A DNA stretch of 60,000 nucleotides from Amphiscolops sp. MND2022 (GCA_964187785.1 OZ076409.1:91948001-92008000); one strand, 5' to 3'; positions 37,353 through 50,840 are shown, counted from the stretch's first letter. Program-made: numbers and translations. The notes: a model not told the origin generated them from the sequence alone.

Positions 37353-38120
37353 CTAAATTACTTGATAAGTCACAACAGTATCTAATGGATTATATCACCA
37401 AGTGGATTTTTGGTTGAATTTTAGAAAAAAGCAACACATATGGTGACTTTCCTGCCTCTTCACAAATAAATTCGTGAGGACGGAAAATAACAGTTATAAA
37501 AGACACATCATTTTCTGATAAGAAAGTTCATATTGTTTTTGACTGGTTTTACTGTGGTCTTAAGGACTACACGTCCATTGACATAAACAGTATTCCAAAT
37601 GGCATTGTGGTGTTCTCATTTCGACAAAAATTGATCTCAAATGAATGAGACCCACTGTAATTTTTGTTACCGTAATTTTTTCAACCACAAGAATGATTGA
37701 TTTTTTGCCATTTTTTTGCTTGTAATTCGAGAAAGAAAAGTTTGTTTCGAATGAAAAGGAGTGGACATCGAATAACCTTTTTTTATTTTTTGAAAACATT
37801 AAACTTTTGGAGGGGATTCATGCGAATTGTATTATTGTTGTACTACATGCGATTGTACAGTTTCGCACCAAAGTTGATTGATTTTCTTATCAAGAAAAAC
37901 TCTTGTACTAAAAAAGTACAAACACATTTCTCCGAACTAATAGATCAAAACATGGTTTGAGAAAGTTACTAGTACAAAAAGTTCACAGAATAGTTCAAAA
38001 CTTCCAAGAAAAGTTTCGCTTTTGACACCTGACTTTTTTGCTTTTTCAAAAAAAAATTTCTTCAATAAAATTTATTTCAATCACAAAGTGGCTTTTTGCA
38101 GGACTTTTCTTCATAAAATT

Positions 38121-38906
38121 CCCACGTTGAGCTTTCCGTCAGAACCTGTACAGATCTCTGAGTCAATTTTCCTTGAGGATCTCTAGAGATCGTGCCACTA
38201 CCACGTAAGGACAACTGCAGACCTGCAAGGATCTTTACAGATGTTCAAAGATTTTCTTTACAGATGTTTCAGGAAAATTACTTCCGGACCTTCTAGTGAA
38301 ACTATGTATTTCAATTTTGGGCTCCTTCAACGAGTATTTTAGCTGACCAAGGCTCAGTCAGTTGAAACTCTCCATCACACAAAATTCTATAGCAGGAAAA
38401 ATTGTCCCCATCACGGTAATTTTGGTGTCTGGGGATTGTTCGAAATTGGTTATACACTAAATTTTATCAATTTCACTTGAACTTTCCAGAAGTGGTTTTT
38501 CAACTTTGAAAGGCTCGTTTGCCACAATCTTAAACATGTGGCTACCGTCGGGGTTGGTAGATGTGTTGATAAAGTTCTGTAGTTGCAATATTTCGGGAAC
38601 ATGGTTTGCTGGAGTAGTTTTAGTAATTGCTGGAATAAGTTTCAGTAATTTATTGGTCATTTTCGTGTGGTTAATTGTTGACAAATCCTGAAATATCTGT
38701 CAGGATCTGTACAGATCTGTATAGATTTGCACAGGATTTTTTTAAAACTTCAACAAGGAGGCGTGTTCATCTTGCAAAGCACTTTTTATTCAATTTATTT
38801 CAATTTCAAAACTGTAATCATGACAAGTTAATTTTTGACGAATCCTGGAATATCTGTCAGGATCTGTAGAGATCTGTACAGATTCGCAAGGAGTGCTTAA
38901 CGTGGG
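38121..38906. mobile_element. CMC/CACTA(EnSpm)-type non-autonomous element (786 bp)
   Basis: CCC...GGG termini. ~40-bp imperfect TIRs (cccacgttgagc...ctgtacagatctct versus the reverse complement of the right end, cccacgttaagc...ctgtacagatctct). 2-bp TSD tt. gatctgtaca subterminal repeats. Confidence 0.78.
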
Positions 38907-41900
38907 TTCCGTTTTAGGCTTTAAAAAAGTATGAATGGTGTACGTTTGTTGGATGATATGCGTTTTGTTTAAACTCGAAATAATAACTTCTTTGCGAAGA
39001 AAGAGTTCCAACCTTGTTGTTGATATACAGTCCATTCCACACAGCTTTCTGTTGGATAACTTCTCGTCTTTCCAGGGTCCTGGATTTGAAAGACATGGTG
39101 ATTGCGTGATTGTAACACCCTGGATTTCAGTTACGTAATAGTGAACAGCTGAAACTTTTCTGTTCTGTATTTTTGATGAGTCAAAAACTGGACCGATCGA
39201 GCGATGGCGTACAGTAGCCCTAACTAAGTTTGTCAGTGCAATTTCTTCATATTTGGTTTTTGAGTTGAGCTAAACAATGAACTGAAACTGAATGCTATAA
39301 ATTTTGGATTTGACAAACGAAAATCTTGATAAAGAATGAAACTAAGTCGCTCTCCCATCCACGAAGCTTTCTTCAAGTCAAATATGGCATGTGGAGAAAC
39401 AATCTTTGCTATAGAGACGAATCTGAATGTAAGAGCAGCCCGAAAGTCTGTTGAGAGCCTGTCGGTTGTGTTTAAACACATGCACTGGTATTCTTTGGGT
39501 ATTGTGTACTCATAGAAACGGGTCTTTGTATCAATGCTCAATTGAGAAACAGATAAGACTCCTTACAGCTGCAGCTATATTTGATTGGCTCACTTCACCA
39601 GCAGTTATCAGGAACAAGTCGCGAGAAACGCTAATGCCGAACAAATAAAGTATGAAAAGATGTTCATCGCTGATAAAACCGGGAAAATTTAACTCTGCGA
39701 ACAAGAAAATCCCTCAATCTTTAAGAAAATCTGTTGGTGTGATTGAATAGTTTTTGTATTTTGTATCCAATGCATTAATTATCAATAATTCTACAGTTTT
39801 CAATATTATCGATTCCACTGTTGTCATTTTTTGCAGATGCAGACAATGTTTTTTAGAATTATCAGGCAGTCCAATAAATTCGCCCTCACATTTTTGAAGC
39901 TTGTGATGGCCACTTATTGATTGTAGAGACTTTTTTGTACACTACACATATTTCAAAATTTCTTTCTGTTGTTCATATAATTTCACGGTTGAAGCATTGA
40001 CAATTCGTTCAGTTTTGAGAAAATTTAATGATGAACAATGATAAAACATGTCTTGAGATTTTCGATTTGAAAAATTGAAACATCCGCTTTATGATGATAT
40101 TTTTTCAACGACATACATTGCATAAACCAACGTTAGTGACCAACAATGTCTCACCGAAAGAAAGTGAATGCGATACTTTAGGTTACATGACATTTCGTCC
40201 TGTACACTTTCAACTTATGCAATTTCAACCTATTGCAACTTCAATCTATTGCAATTTCAACCGTCCCCAATTTCGACCTAAAAAACTTTGGCTAATGGAT
40301 CCTAATTAGTTACAAAAATATGAAATGCCTTGCGCAAGTGGGGTGTTTTACCTCCTGACGAACTGATATGCGAAATGGACGAAAAAAATTCAAAGATTCT
40401 ACCATCAAACTGCAGATCATTACATTTTTGATAATGGTGAATTAATTGATCTCATTTACAATTAAAATTTTTTTGCTGGATAGATAGAAACTGTTGAATA
40501 AAAGTCAATCTCTACAACACTAAAAAACAGGCGCAACTGCCATTGCGCGACGGGTCCGAGCAGACGATTTTTTCGAGGTATCAAATTATTCAGCAAGGAA
40601 AATTAGATTCCAGCTCGTGTTCAGGGATCATATGATCTTTCATTGTATTATGTCAAAGAGCATTGGCTAGGTCAATTGTACGAGACGTGTGATTTACAGT
40701 AATCTCTGCGGCAGTAGACGCTAGATAAAGCATTTAACAAAATCCGAAACTTTGCAGCTACACAAGTGAACTGTCAAGCCCAAATAAGAATAGGTGCTAT
40801 TGACAAGCTTACCATTTGGAAGTAGGGAAAAACAACCAATTTACAATTGATCAAAAAATTGAGAATCGAAAAGTTCTTGGTCTATATCTTTCTCATCAAA
40901 ATGTCGAGACATTTTAATTATCAAATTTAGACACCTACTCAGGTGTGATATCAGGTGGAAATACCGCTGATACATCAGAAGTGACAAGCGAGAACACTCA
41001 GGAAATTTTTTGAAAACATTAAATATTTCCGATTTTCAACAACCATTTTCGCAATGACGAAAGATCTTAGGATGAAACTATCACCAGATTGAATGAAACA
41101 TCCGCCAGTGTCAGTTGTTCCTTATTTTGAGCCGGTTTGATGTGGTTCAAATAGTGAAATTAGCAAAATCAACGAATACCGTGAAGTAATTGGAAAATTC
41201 ATCCGAAGCTAATAAAATCGCGCCGATAGAAAATTTCCGAAGAAATTTTACATCGTCAGAAAAATAGTCAATGTTAGTAGTTTTTTGGATAATTCGGATA
41301 ACTGCGGAGCAATTGTTTCTCAAAAAATGGGCCAAGCATATACAAATAGAAATGTCAAAATGGACGTAAACGTTTTTTCGCAAAAACACCCAAAAATTCC
41401 ATTTTTAGTCGCTATTTTTGAGGTCCAATAACAAAACCTTCAGCCTTTGAAACGAGGGGTCCTGCTACGTCAGTTGAAGCCAATGTTTGGTTGGTTTGAT
41501 GTGCTTTATCAACCGAAAGTAGGCAAAATCGGAAAAAAACTTTTAAAGTTATCAAAAATTTCACGTTTCCGAAGCTTGAAAAATCGCGCCGGCCTGAAAA
41601 GTTCGGAAAATTGCCGAGAGGGCCCAGGAGAAATGGGTTCGACAGAAGTGCACCCAAGCACCCCCAATTGCATGGGGGTACGTCAAATTACACTTTTTTT
41701 TGCAAAAAACGATTTTTTCGCGCAAAAAAAACCCAAAAAACTTTCGACTTTTTTTCGCCGTTTTTTCAACGACCAATAATCGTAGGATATTGAAACTTTC
41801 ATGAGCTTAAAGAAGACATGCTCTTGCGTTGGTTGGTATTAATAAATAGCCGGTTCGATATCGTTTAAATAGTGAAATTGAGCGAAATCTACATGTTGAA

Positions 41901-42417
41901 GTTTTGTTCGCAAAACACCGAAAAAAACTTCCGTTTTTTAATAGCCATTTTCTCAACGCCCAACAATTTTACGATAATGAAACGTTCACGACCTTAAAGA
42001 AGACCTCCTCTTGTTTCAGTTGGTATTTATTTTAACACAGTTTGATATGGTTCAAACAACAAAATTACGCAAAATCGAAAAAAAACCCTACAAATTTTCG
42101 CAAAAATCGAAGCTAATAAAATCGCCCCGGCGAAAAATTTTCGGAAACGTCTTACATGGCCAAAAAAGGCATTTAGTTGCGGTTCTGTTTCTAAATTTTT
42201 GAATTTTCTCGGAGAATTAGGCTTAGAGAAAAAAGCTGAAACTTTCACAAATGCAGAGGGATGTCACGTTTTGGCGAAAAAATATTCCGACGCAAACAAT
42301 GAGGCATCTCGCTTCGCTCGTCGCCTTGATATTACAAACAAAAAAACTGTTTCAAAAAGTTTCCCTAGAAACGCCTCTGTGCCTTTGTGAAGAGTTCTCA
42401 GGGGCAAAATCATTTTT

Positions 42418-42617
42418 NNNNNNNNNNNNNNNNNNNNNNNNNNNNNNNNNNNNNNNNNNNNNNNNNNNNNNNNNNNNNNNNNNNNNNNNNNNNNNNNNNN
42501 NNNNNNNNNNNNNNNNNNNNNNNNNNNNNNNNNNNNNNNNNNNNNNNNNNNNNNNNNNNNNNNNNNNNNNNNNNNNNNNNNNNNNNNNNNNNNNNNNNNN
42601 NNNNNNNNNNNNNNNNN
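42418..42617. other. Assembly gap (200 N)
   Basis: Run of n characters. Confidence 0.99.
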
Positions 42618-42763
42618 ATCTTGAAACTTTTGCCAAGATCTTGCATTGTATTGCTTCACATGAACCTCTTGAATTTCACACTAAGAGTCTTGGTAAAGAG
42701 TCTTATCAACAGTCTCTAAAAATAATTAACCTGCAAAACAAACAAAAATTTTGTTTACAATTA

Positions 42764-43507
42764 CAGTAGCGTTCTGAAATATCGCAACTTTCAAACCCAA
42801 ATATCTTGAAAACTCACAAATACGAAAAATTGTCAGTTAGGAAAGTTTCTTAGAATTTCATCAAGTTTACAAAAATATTTGTTCGAAATTTCTGTGACAA
42901 AAACTACAAAAGCTAGAAATTGTAAATTTTGACAAAATTTCATCAAATTTGCACATTTCCTTGATTTTCACAAAGTTGAATAAATTATTTTGAAAAATTT
43001 TTAGTCAACCCTTTGTCCCAAAATCTGAGGACGCTGATATGATTTGAATGAAAAACGTTTTCGATTTCAAATGAAAACAATCAATGTTCTAAATTCAATT
43101 CTTATAGCCCATCTTAATACATGTACTTCAGTGCTCATAGACACAGTGTTCATAGACTGATAGTATGGTGCATTTTTGTCTGATTCGAAACAAATTCGCA
43201 ATCAAAACACTTCAGTAGATTCGGGAGATTATAGGGAGTCTCCGAATGAAAAGCATCCAAAATTTTAATTCTGAACTACTCAATTTTTGGAGAAACTCAA
43301 ATTTCAATTAAAAAGTTCTAAAAGTTTGCATTTTCTTACTTTTTCAGTAAGAGTCGTAAAAATTTCAAACAAACATTTTTGTAAACTAGATGAAATTCTT
43401 AGAAACTTTCCTACCTGGCAAATTTTTGTATTCGTGACAGTTCATGAATTCGTATTTGAATTTTCCCATATTAAGCAATGAGGTTGCGATATTTGAGAAC
43501 GCTACTG
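42764..43507. mobile_element. Tc1/mariner-type MITE with long TIRs (744 bp)
   Basis: TA|cagtagcgttctgaaatatcgcaac ... gttgcgatatttgagaacgctactg|TA. Inverted similarity extends for more than 150 bp. Confidence 0.85.
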
Positions 43508-43513
43508 TACTTT

Positions 43514-43938
43514 TGCCGACTTGAGATAATTTACTGGAATATTCACCGCCAGATCAGAACTGCCAGGAAAAGGGTTGACTCGGTTTGATCCGGTAGCATC
43601 AATAAAATCATTTTATCTTAACTTTCTCTGAAACTCAGCTGCTCTTGTTAATTCGAAATTGCAACGAAAATATATTAGAAAACTTCGCTCTAGCCAGAAG
43701 ACTGTTCGAATTAGATGAACTGAGCACCGAAGCTACCAATGATTCGGTGATCTACATCTCCAGCAGTGATGAAGAACCTTAAGATGGCTGGGAGTCAGAT
43801 TGCTCCACCTATATCGAGCAATCGGTGACCAGGATCCAGAGAGAAGTTGGTCCTAGTCCGGTGTTGATTAGGGGCAGAATTATGACAATTGGCAGTGTGG
43901 AGGAGGAAAGAGTCGTAGGCCTGAGCTCAACTTTGCCG
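43514..43938 (+). repeat. ~425-bp direct repeat of 45192-45610 (fragment of the LTR-like segment)
   Basis: gccgacttga(g/a)ataatttactggaatattcaccgccagatcagaactgcc ... gcctgagctcaac is present at both loci. Confidence 0.9.
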
Positions 43939-44158
43939 CAGTAGGATTCTGTGATCCTTGGATTTCATCAGAACTCTACTTGGCTGGTTGATTGAAACTT
44001 GCTTGGTCAGCCTCCTGGTTTTGCTCCATTCATTGGGATGTGGTTGGTGTAACAGTGTTCTCAGTTGTTTAATTCTCTAAACAAAATGGAATCAATTTTA
44101 GCGGTGTGCTTTCTCGAAAGAAATCCCTTTTACCGCATCAGAAACTTTCCGAAAGAGG

Positions 44159-44553
44159 TTTCGTAACTTAATGAGCCTTGCTCACTAGTTTTCAAAAGGA
44201 GACAGGATGCGACTTCGAACAAATTTTCAGTCCTGATCAAACTAAAAATTTTCTGAGGAAAACATGAAAATCCAAACCAAGTTGAGTCTGACAACCTTGC
44301 AGAGGTGAGCAAATATCGGTAAGTAGTCCAGTAGGAGAAGATCAAGCTGGGGTGAATAGCCAATTTCGTAACTTAATGAGCCTTGCTCACTAGTTTTCAA
44401 AAGGAGACAAGATGCGCCTGATCAAACTAAAAATTTTCTGAGGAAAACATGAAAATCCAAACCAAGCTGAGTCTGACAACCTTGCAGAGGTGAGCAAATA
44501 TCGGTAAGTAGTCCAGTAGGAGAAGATCAAGCTGGGGTGAATAGCCAATTTCG
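44159..44553. repeat. Tandem duplication of ~200 bp
   Basis: ttcgtaacttaatgagccttgctcactag...gggtgaatagccaatttcgt occurs twice; the second copy has an internal deletion. Confidence 0.9.
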
Positions 44554-45009
44554 TCTGAAGACGGAAAGATATTTGTCTGGTCCAATGATGATGAGGCAAT
44601 CGGCGACTGCCGTTGAAGACGGAAAATAAAATGAATAGGATTAAAATTATAAAAGAATACAAGTTTGACGTCAATGGAATTGGTATTAAGAACAACGGAG
44701 AAACAAAAGAAGTTGGAGTTCGTGGCTGAAGAAATTACCAGACTAAACTTTTGTGGTAAAAAGTGTACTTGGAGTCTGCCCGCAAATGTATATGAGCATC
44801 TTCCTTATTTACAGCTTAGTTAGTTAGAACCCATTAGGGCAGTTTTACTTTGCTTCGTTTTGCCGTTTTGTTCTTACCCTTGTTACTTATTAGTTAAATT
44901 TTTCATCACTTTGAGTTATTTTGAGGTATTATTTTTCGCCATATTATCACTCATATTTCATTTTACCGAAGAACGGATTTGTTTGGCTGAAGCCATTTCG
45001 AGAAAATTA

Positions 45010-47664
45010 TGTGACGCGCGCCAATAATAATTCTCAAGCGCGTCGTTAACTACCCACTTAAGTCGAGTTTTTTCAATGATAAGATTTCGAAACCTTAAAA
45101 AACCTCTCTTGAAGTGAGTGGTGATTGCGGGTAAACATTGGAAATTCAAAGGAAGCTGACGAGTGAAGAAATTCTATTCAGAAAAATTTATGCCGACTTG
45201 AAATAATTTACTGGAATATTCACCGCCAGATCAGAACTGCCGGGAAAAGAACTGACTCGGTTTGATCCGGTAGCATCAATAAAATCATTTATCTTAACTT
45301 TCTCTGAAACTCAGCTTCTCTTGGTAATTCGAAATTGAAAAAAATTATAATGGAAAACTTCACTCTCGCCAGAAGACTGTTCGAATTAGATGAACTGAGC
45401 ACCGAAGCTACCAATGATTCGGTGATCTACATCTCCACCTGTGATGAAGAACCTTAAGATGGCTGGCAGTCAGATTGCTCCACCGATACCGAGCAATCGG
45501 TGACCAGGATCGAGAGAAGTTTGTCCTAGTCCGGTGTTGATTAGGGGCAGAATTATGACAATTGGCAAAGTGGAGGAGGAAATAGTCGTGGGCCTGAGCT
45601 CAACATTGCCGGGTATGTCCATCACCCCCGAGTTGGATCACAAGCACTTCGATGAGAAACTCTGCCACGCCCTTTCCAGAGATTGCAAAGAGGAGAATCG
45701 AGCTATGTAAAACATTGCAGCCAGTCATTAATTCACCGATGTCCGCCCCTTTTAGGAAAGAGGGCCATCAATGGAGAGATCTACCCCCAGACACGAGCCA
45801 GAGTCAGTCACAAGATTGAGAAAAGAAGCATATATGAATGGTCTCAATGCCGGTTCCTTTCTTTTTCTTCATTCCGCTGTGTCGCAGGCTGCCGCCTGTG
45901 ACGGCACAAGGGACAGTGGTCACGACATCAGCAACCGGGCAGGAAATAGTACCCGGATAGCTGCCCATCTACTCAGGTAAGGGCCCTGCAGGACGGTTAA
46001 GTAAAACTAGAAATTTTGTATTAACGAGAAGATTCCCTGATTTTGATGTTGCTATTTTATACAACTCCGTAAGACTTATATATTTAGAAAAACCTGTTGA
46101 CGTTGCCAAATCCTTCAAGTGTTTCTAATATCCTGGTTTATTCATTTCTCATTTGTTCAGTCTGTTAACCTTGACTGAATGATCCATGTCAATGTAAAAA
46201 CAATGTGAAAGTTGACAATTGTAAACTGTAATAAGTTTACTACGCTGTAGAAAGGAAACGTGTTCGAGTGCGGAAGTGTCCTTTCTCGGCGGCGTCGCTT
46301 ACCGACGCAAGTTTAACCTATCACAGACCTTCAATATTGTAGTGCAGTTTAATTTACCGAATACGGCTATTTGACTGAATGTTTGTTGCATAGTAATAGT
46401 GTTTAGGCAAATAGCAGGTTCCGGCTAAGTATATTAACACTTACTCAAGAAGCTATTATTTAGTACAAGGAATGATGGCTGCGTGCTTCTGTTGTATAAT
46501 GCCCGTTTCACAATGAAAGAGCTAATATTAGTGTTTGCAGTATTATTGTTGCCTTGTTTTGATGTTGAATAATACCTGTCTCCGGAACTATTCCAGCTAG
46601 TACTTGAAATAAAAACTTATGCCCAATGGAGGTTTTAGGTCTATTTTGTAATTGTCAAATGCACGAAATATAAAAATTATCTCGTCTATGTATCCTCTTA
46701 AGGCTCGCGTGCTAACACGTGCCTGAGTGTTCTAACGCATAATGTGAATGTTTTCAACCCTTAATTGATGACTTGAAGAATTGCTAGTTGACAGCAATAT
46801 AATATTTCACCTGGAAAGGCCTTTGAAGTATTGCATTGTACATGCCTTGTTTTCACCCATGCTTTGATATATCCGTTTGTTGATGGCTAAGTTCTATTCC
46901 AAGAAAGTAGTTGTGGAGGGGCATATGACAATTTTCTTGATATTGTTGACATGTTGATACATAAGAATGTGGTTGTCATTCCTTGGGGACTATAAATACT
47001 AGCAACTCTCATAGTTGGCACACAATTTTGTAAACCATTTTGTTGCTGTTCAAACTTACTCAATACTACGTTTTCCAATTAAAATAATTCAACTTTTTAC
47101 AATCGGACAAGTTTAATGCCTACTACAAGGAAGCAAAAGAAAGCTAGGAAATCTAGAGAAGCCGATATGTTATCTGATATTAAAAACCTTGACATAATGT
47201 TAGGGGGAAATAAGTTAGAAGGAGAGAGGAAAGCGAATCTAGTTCCTTTAGCAGAAGGCCTGATAGTCCGTGTTATGATACTTCAGTGAATCAGAATTCT
47301 AACTCAACACTCTAATTCATGTCAAGCCAAAGTTTGAGGGAAACTGATTCTAACAGTGAATTTAATAGACTGACAGGAGAATTGAATCAGAGAATTACTC
47401 AAGGGATGGGTGATTTATTGAGTATTGTAAGTTCCCAGATCCAAAAGGACATAAATGAAACAATAAGTGATCAAATTTGGCCTCAGATCCAAGCTACACT
47501 AAGGTCCGTACAGGGACGGATGCTAGAGAGAAGATGGGAAGTTCCGGTTAGAGGGTAGGGGTGCAGATTTGAAGAAGCCTTAGATCGTAGATTCAGAAGC
47601 AACTCGAGAGATGAGTTTCGTAGGTTTCCAAATCGGAACGAAGACCTACAGAGCACTCACGACA
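45010..47664 (+). mobile_element. Putative long (~2.65 kb) solo LTR of a gypsy-like element, with decayed internal ORFs
   Basis: tgtgacg...cacgaca ends. Decayed ORF at 45350-45980. A basic/coiled-coil gag-like start MPTTRKQKKARKSREADMLSDIKNLDIMLG at 47116 runs (with lesions) to the right end. No TSD found. Confidence 0.5.
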
Positions 47665-47832
47665 TTCTGTTTATATGCTGTTACTTCAATTAGCCGCAGC
47701 ACGCTATATCTGAACTTTTGACGCAATATCTGAAGTAAATTGCGTTGTACTAAGGTGGAAGCGCAGGTTTAAACTTGACGCGCTATATGCGAACTTGGAC
47801 GTTTTATTCGAAGTAAATTGCGTTTTACTAAG

Positions 47833-48175
47833 TGTTGGAACTGACGTTCCTAGAGTTACTGCTAGATTCGAGGTTTCCAATTGGTTCAGGTTCGGTATCA
47901 TGGTGTAGAATTGAACCCGAAGGTTCAGTGGCAGAATTTGAGAGGTCATCTACTTTCGAAGTCAGGTTTTTGATCAATCTCAAAATTTCTCTCTGACCAA
48001 ATTCTGCGTCTCTTAATCTCTTGGATAGTCGATTCTCGATTTTGTTCGAAATATCTGAGAAATCTTGCTCGGTTGAATAAGTATTTTCATCAGAGACCTG
48101 GCTTGTTATCTCAGCGTTTTCCAAGCTACTACTTTGGTCGCTCCTAAGTTTCCTCTTCAGGGATTTCTCAGGCAT
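47833..48175 (-). CDS. Gag-like N-terminal coiled-coil ORF that runs off the end of the putative 3' LTR
   Basis: MPEKSLKRKLRS...DISNKIENRLSKRLRDAEFGQREILRLIKNLTSKVDDL...NVSSN stays open through the terminal tccaaca. Confidence 0.5.
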
Positions 48176-49780
48176 TGTCGAAAAGTTAAGATGTTTGAAC
48201 AAGTCAATTCGTCTGGTTTAACGAGCGGATGAACAATTCGAGTTTTCCGGAACAAAGTTGTTCGGATACACAGATGCAATTTCAAATCCAAAGAAAACGT
48301 TCACAAATAAATAAGAGTACAATCAATAATCAGGGAACTCAAAAATCAAAACTTGGAAATCACGAGTCAACGACGAGCTTTTACAAAATGAAAGTAACAA
48401 CAATTGTGTTTTCCCTTTTCCCGCATCAGGTATATATACTTTACGCTAGACACGCCGGATAAATCCCGCGCGTGAATTCACACTTCGTTTAGCTCGGCGT
48501 CCTTCCGAGGCAAGAAAATCCAAATTAGGTACGTTTCCTCGGGCCTTCGGTTTCATCTCACTTTAAAGGAAAAGTGGGAATCAACTTCCTGCCGAAGTCC
48601 CAATTCCGCGTACCTTTCTTCTTCATTTCCCGATAATTCAAGACGCCGAACCGAAGTTAGCACTGAAATTCATGAACCTAGCTACTGACGCGGGAAATGA
48701 AATTTACATCGAAGAAATTGGAACTCTAAATAAAATAAAGTGCACTAAATTGGGAAAATGGGATTTCAGGCAATATTAATCTCATCAACCGAACACAAAA
48801 TGGTCAATTTTATGGGGTAATTCACTGATCAAAATTCTGGTCGAATACCAGGGCGATTTGTCAAGTTGAATTTCCGGAACACTTGACCGGATATTGAACA
48901 CCATAAATTAGCACAGGGGGGATTAACACAACTTTAATGGCTTCAGTAAGTATTATATGCCATTCAATCAATAATTCATTGGAACAAATTGATAATTAAC
49001 ACTTATCACAACGTAAATAATCTTTCACTCATTTTCAACTAAACGGTTGCCCCGGCGGTCTACCCGAGGTGGTGTACTAACAACACGGTAATATTTTAAC
49101 AAAAATACTGCAAAACGAACGAAGTATTGCTTTGGTGGGAGAATCAGGACAAATTAACTATATTATTTAAGTTACACTAATGATTAATGCTCATTAATAT
49201 TGATTATATTTGGTTGGTTGTCCCGGTGGTTGTCCCATTTTTGGAAAGTAGAGTTGGACGACCAGGCGGTTGACCTGAATGTTAAAACAAATATTTTCAT
49301 CGTTTAGATCCTTCATTATTTCCATCGGTTATTTATCGGTGGTTTGAGCTTCTTTGAGTTCTGTGTTCATATTAGAATAGTACAACATGTTATATAGTAA
49401 TATTATTGCTTCGGTTATTTCAAGCGTGCGACCAGGCGTGCGTCCCAGCACCCGGTCAACTGGTAAGCTGCCTGGTACTGCTGTTCAGCTGGCGCGGTAT
49501 ATTTGCGCTAATCGCTGATTGGTCCAATGAAATTAGAATGAAATTAGTCTGCTTTAGCTCCGTTGTTATTGTAGCGGTAAATTGATCAGCGTGCTGGCCG
49601 AGTTAATTTCGGTCGATATGCTGGTCGCTTTACTGTAAACAAATCACACTAATAGCACTTTAATATTATTTAAGTATTTACATATTTATGTATTTTAGGT
49701 ACTGCGCTGGGATAATAATGTTTGTTGGATGGTTTAAATGGATTGTTTGTTAATTGTTTCTTTCAGGGTCAGTGATGTTC

Positions 49781-50413
49781 TTATTCGGTCCTTTTCTGAG
49801 TGATTTCTCCATTCCCTTCCTTTAGCGTTCTCTTTGTATTCAGTATTTCGCTGCTCCCTGAGGGCTGCGACAGTCCCCTGCTTTGGTGAGGGACGTCCAC
49901 TATGGGAGGTAATGGAGAAATTGGCCTGAAAGGCGACGATATTGGCGGATGAAATACAGATTGTACCATTGAGTCGTATGATAGCCAGGACGAGTCAGTC
50001 GTCCAGTCGCTGCCCGAGAAATAGCCAATTGAGCTGGTATCAGATATTGGGCTTGTTGTCCCATCGTTGGGACTGTATAACCAGCTATTTATGTTGTCGT
50101 AATTTCTCGGTGGGCTCATAAATATATCATCTGGTATAATCGGGTTGACGTTGGTAAATCTTCTTATCGGGAGTGTGTCCTCTTGTGCTGTTGTTAATAT
50201 TGAAGCTGGGGCTGTTTCATGGTAAAGTACGATGTGTTCTCCCCCAGTATTTATAATTTCGTAAACATCCTGAATAATAGGTGATTGTTCCGCCAATTGG
50301 GGGTTATGTAGTGTCTTGGGTGTTGATTGCGCCGCGTGGTTATTCAAATAAGCGGCCTGGTCGCGTTCCAGAATAAAACTGTCGCTTGATAAATTGAAAT
50401 CAAAAGATGCCAT
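49781..50413 (-). CDS. 210-aa Ser/Pro/Thr/Asp-rich ORF of unknown function in the gypsy 3'/LTR region
   Basis: Intact ATG-initiated 210-codon ORF in AT-rich sequence, on the same strand as pol. No domain recognised. Confidence 0.6.
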   Translation of the reverse strand: MASFDFNLSSDSFILERDQAAYLNNHAAQSTPKTLHNPQLAEQSPIIQDVYEIINTGGEHIVLYHETAPASILTTAQEDTLPIRRFTNVNPIIPDDIFMSPPRNYDNINSWLYSPNDGTTSPISDTSSIGYFSGSDWTTDSSWLSYDSMVQSVFHPPISSPFRPISPLPPIVDVPHQSRGLSQPSGSSEILNTKRTLKEGNGEITQKRTE

Positions 50414-50840
50414 TGTATTACTGATGAAAGTAATCGGTTAAGGTAATAAGGTTGCAGATTGCGGATGAATGCTGAGCGACCGTCTTAGGAATAGCTGAAT
50501 AATTGAACGATAATTATATTCTTTGTAGTTGTTCACGCCGCTTGCGTAGTTGGGAAAATTTTCAGCTGGCAGACTGATTGACTTCCATTACGTCATACTA
50601 ATAATATTGAATAGTAGTAATCTCGTTGGTTTTACGCCACGTCTTCGTTTAAATTCCGTCGGTGTTATGGTATGGTACTTTTCAGATTTGCTTTGACTTA
50701 AAGAAGGACAGGAAGACAAAGAGGAATGGCTGAGTCGACTGATGAGGATGCTGTGCGCTTTATGCGCTCCGAAGAATTTGGGGGTGTTGGAGAGTGAGTT
50801 CGAGTCACAGGGCAATGGGTGAGGGAACACTGAGAATGAG

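Noticed and set aside
42251..42769. ORFs spanning the N run
   Set aside because: Artefacts of the assembly gap.
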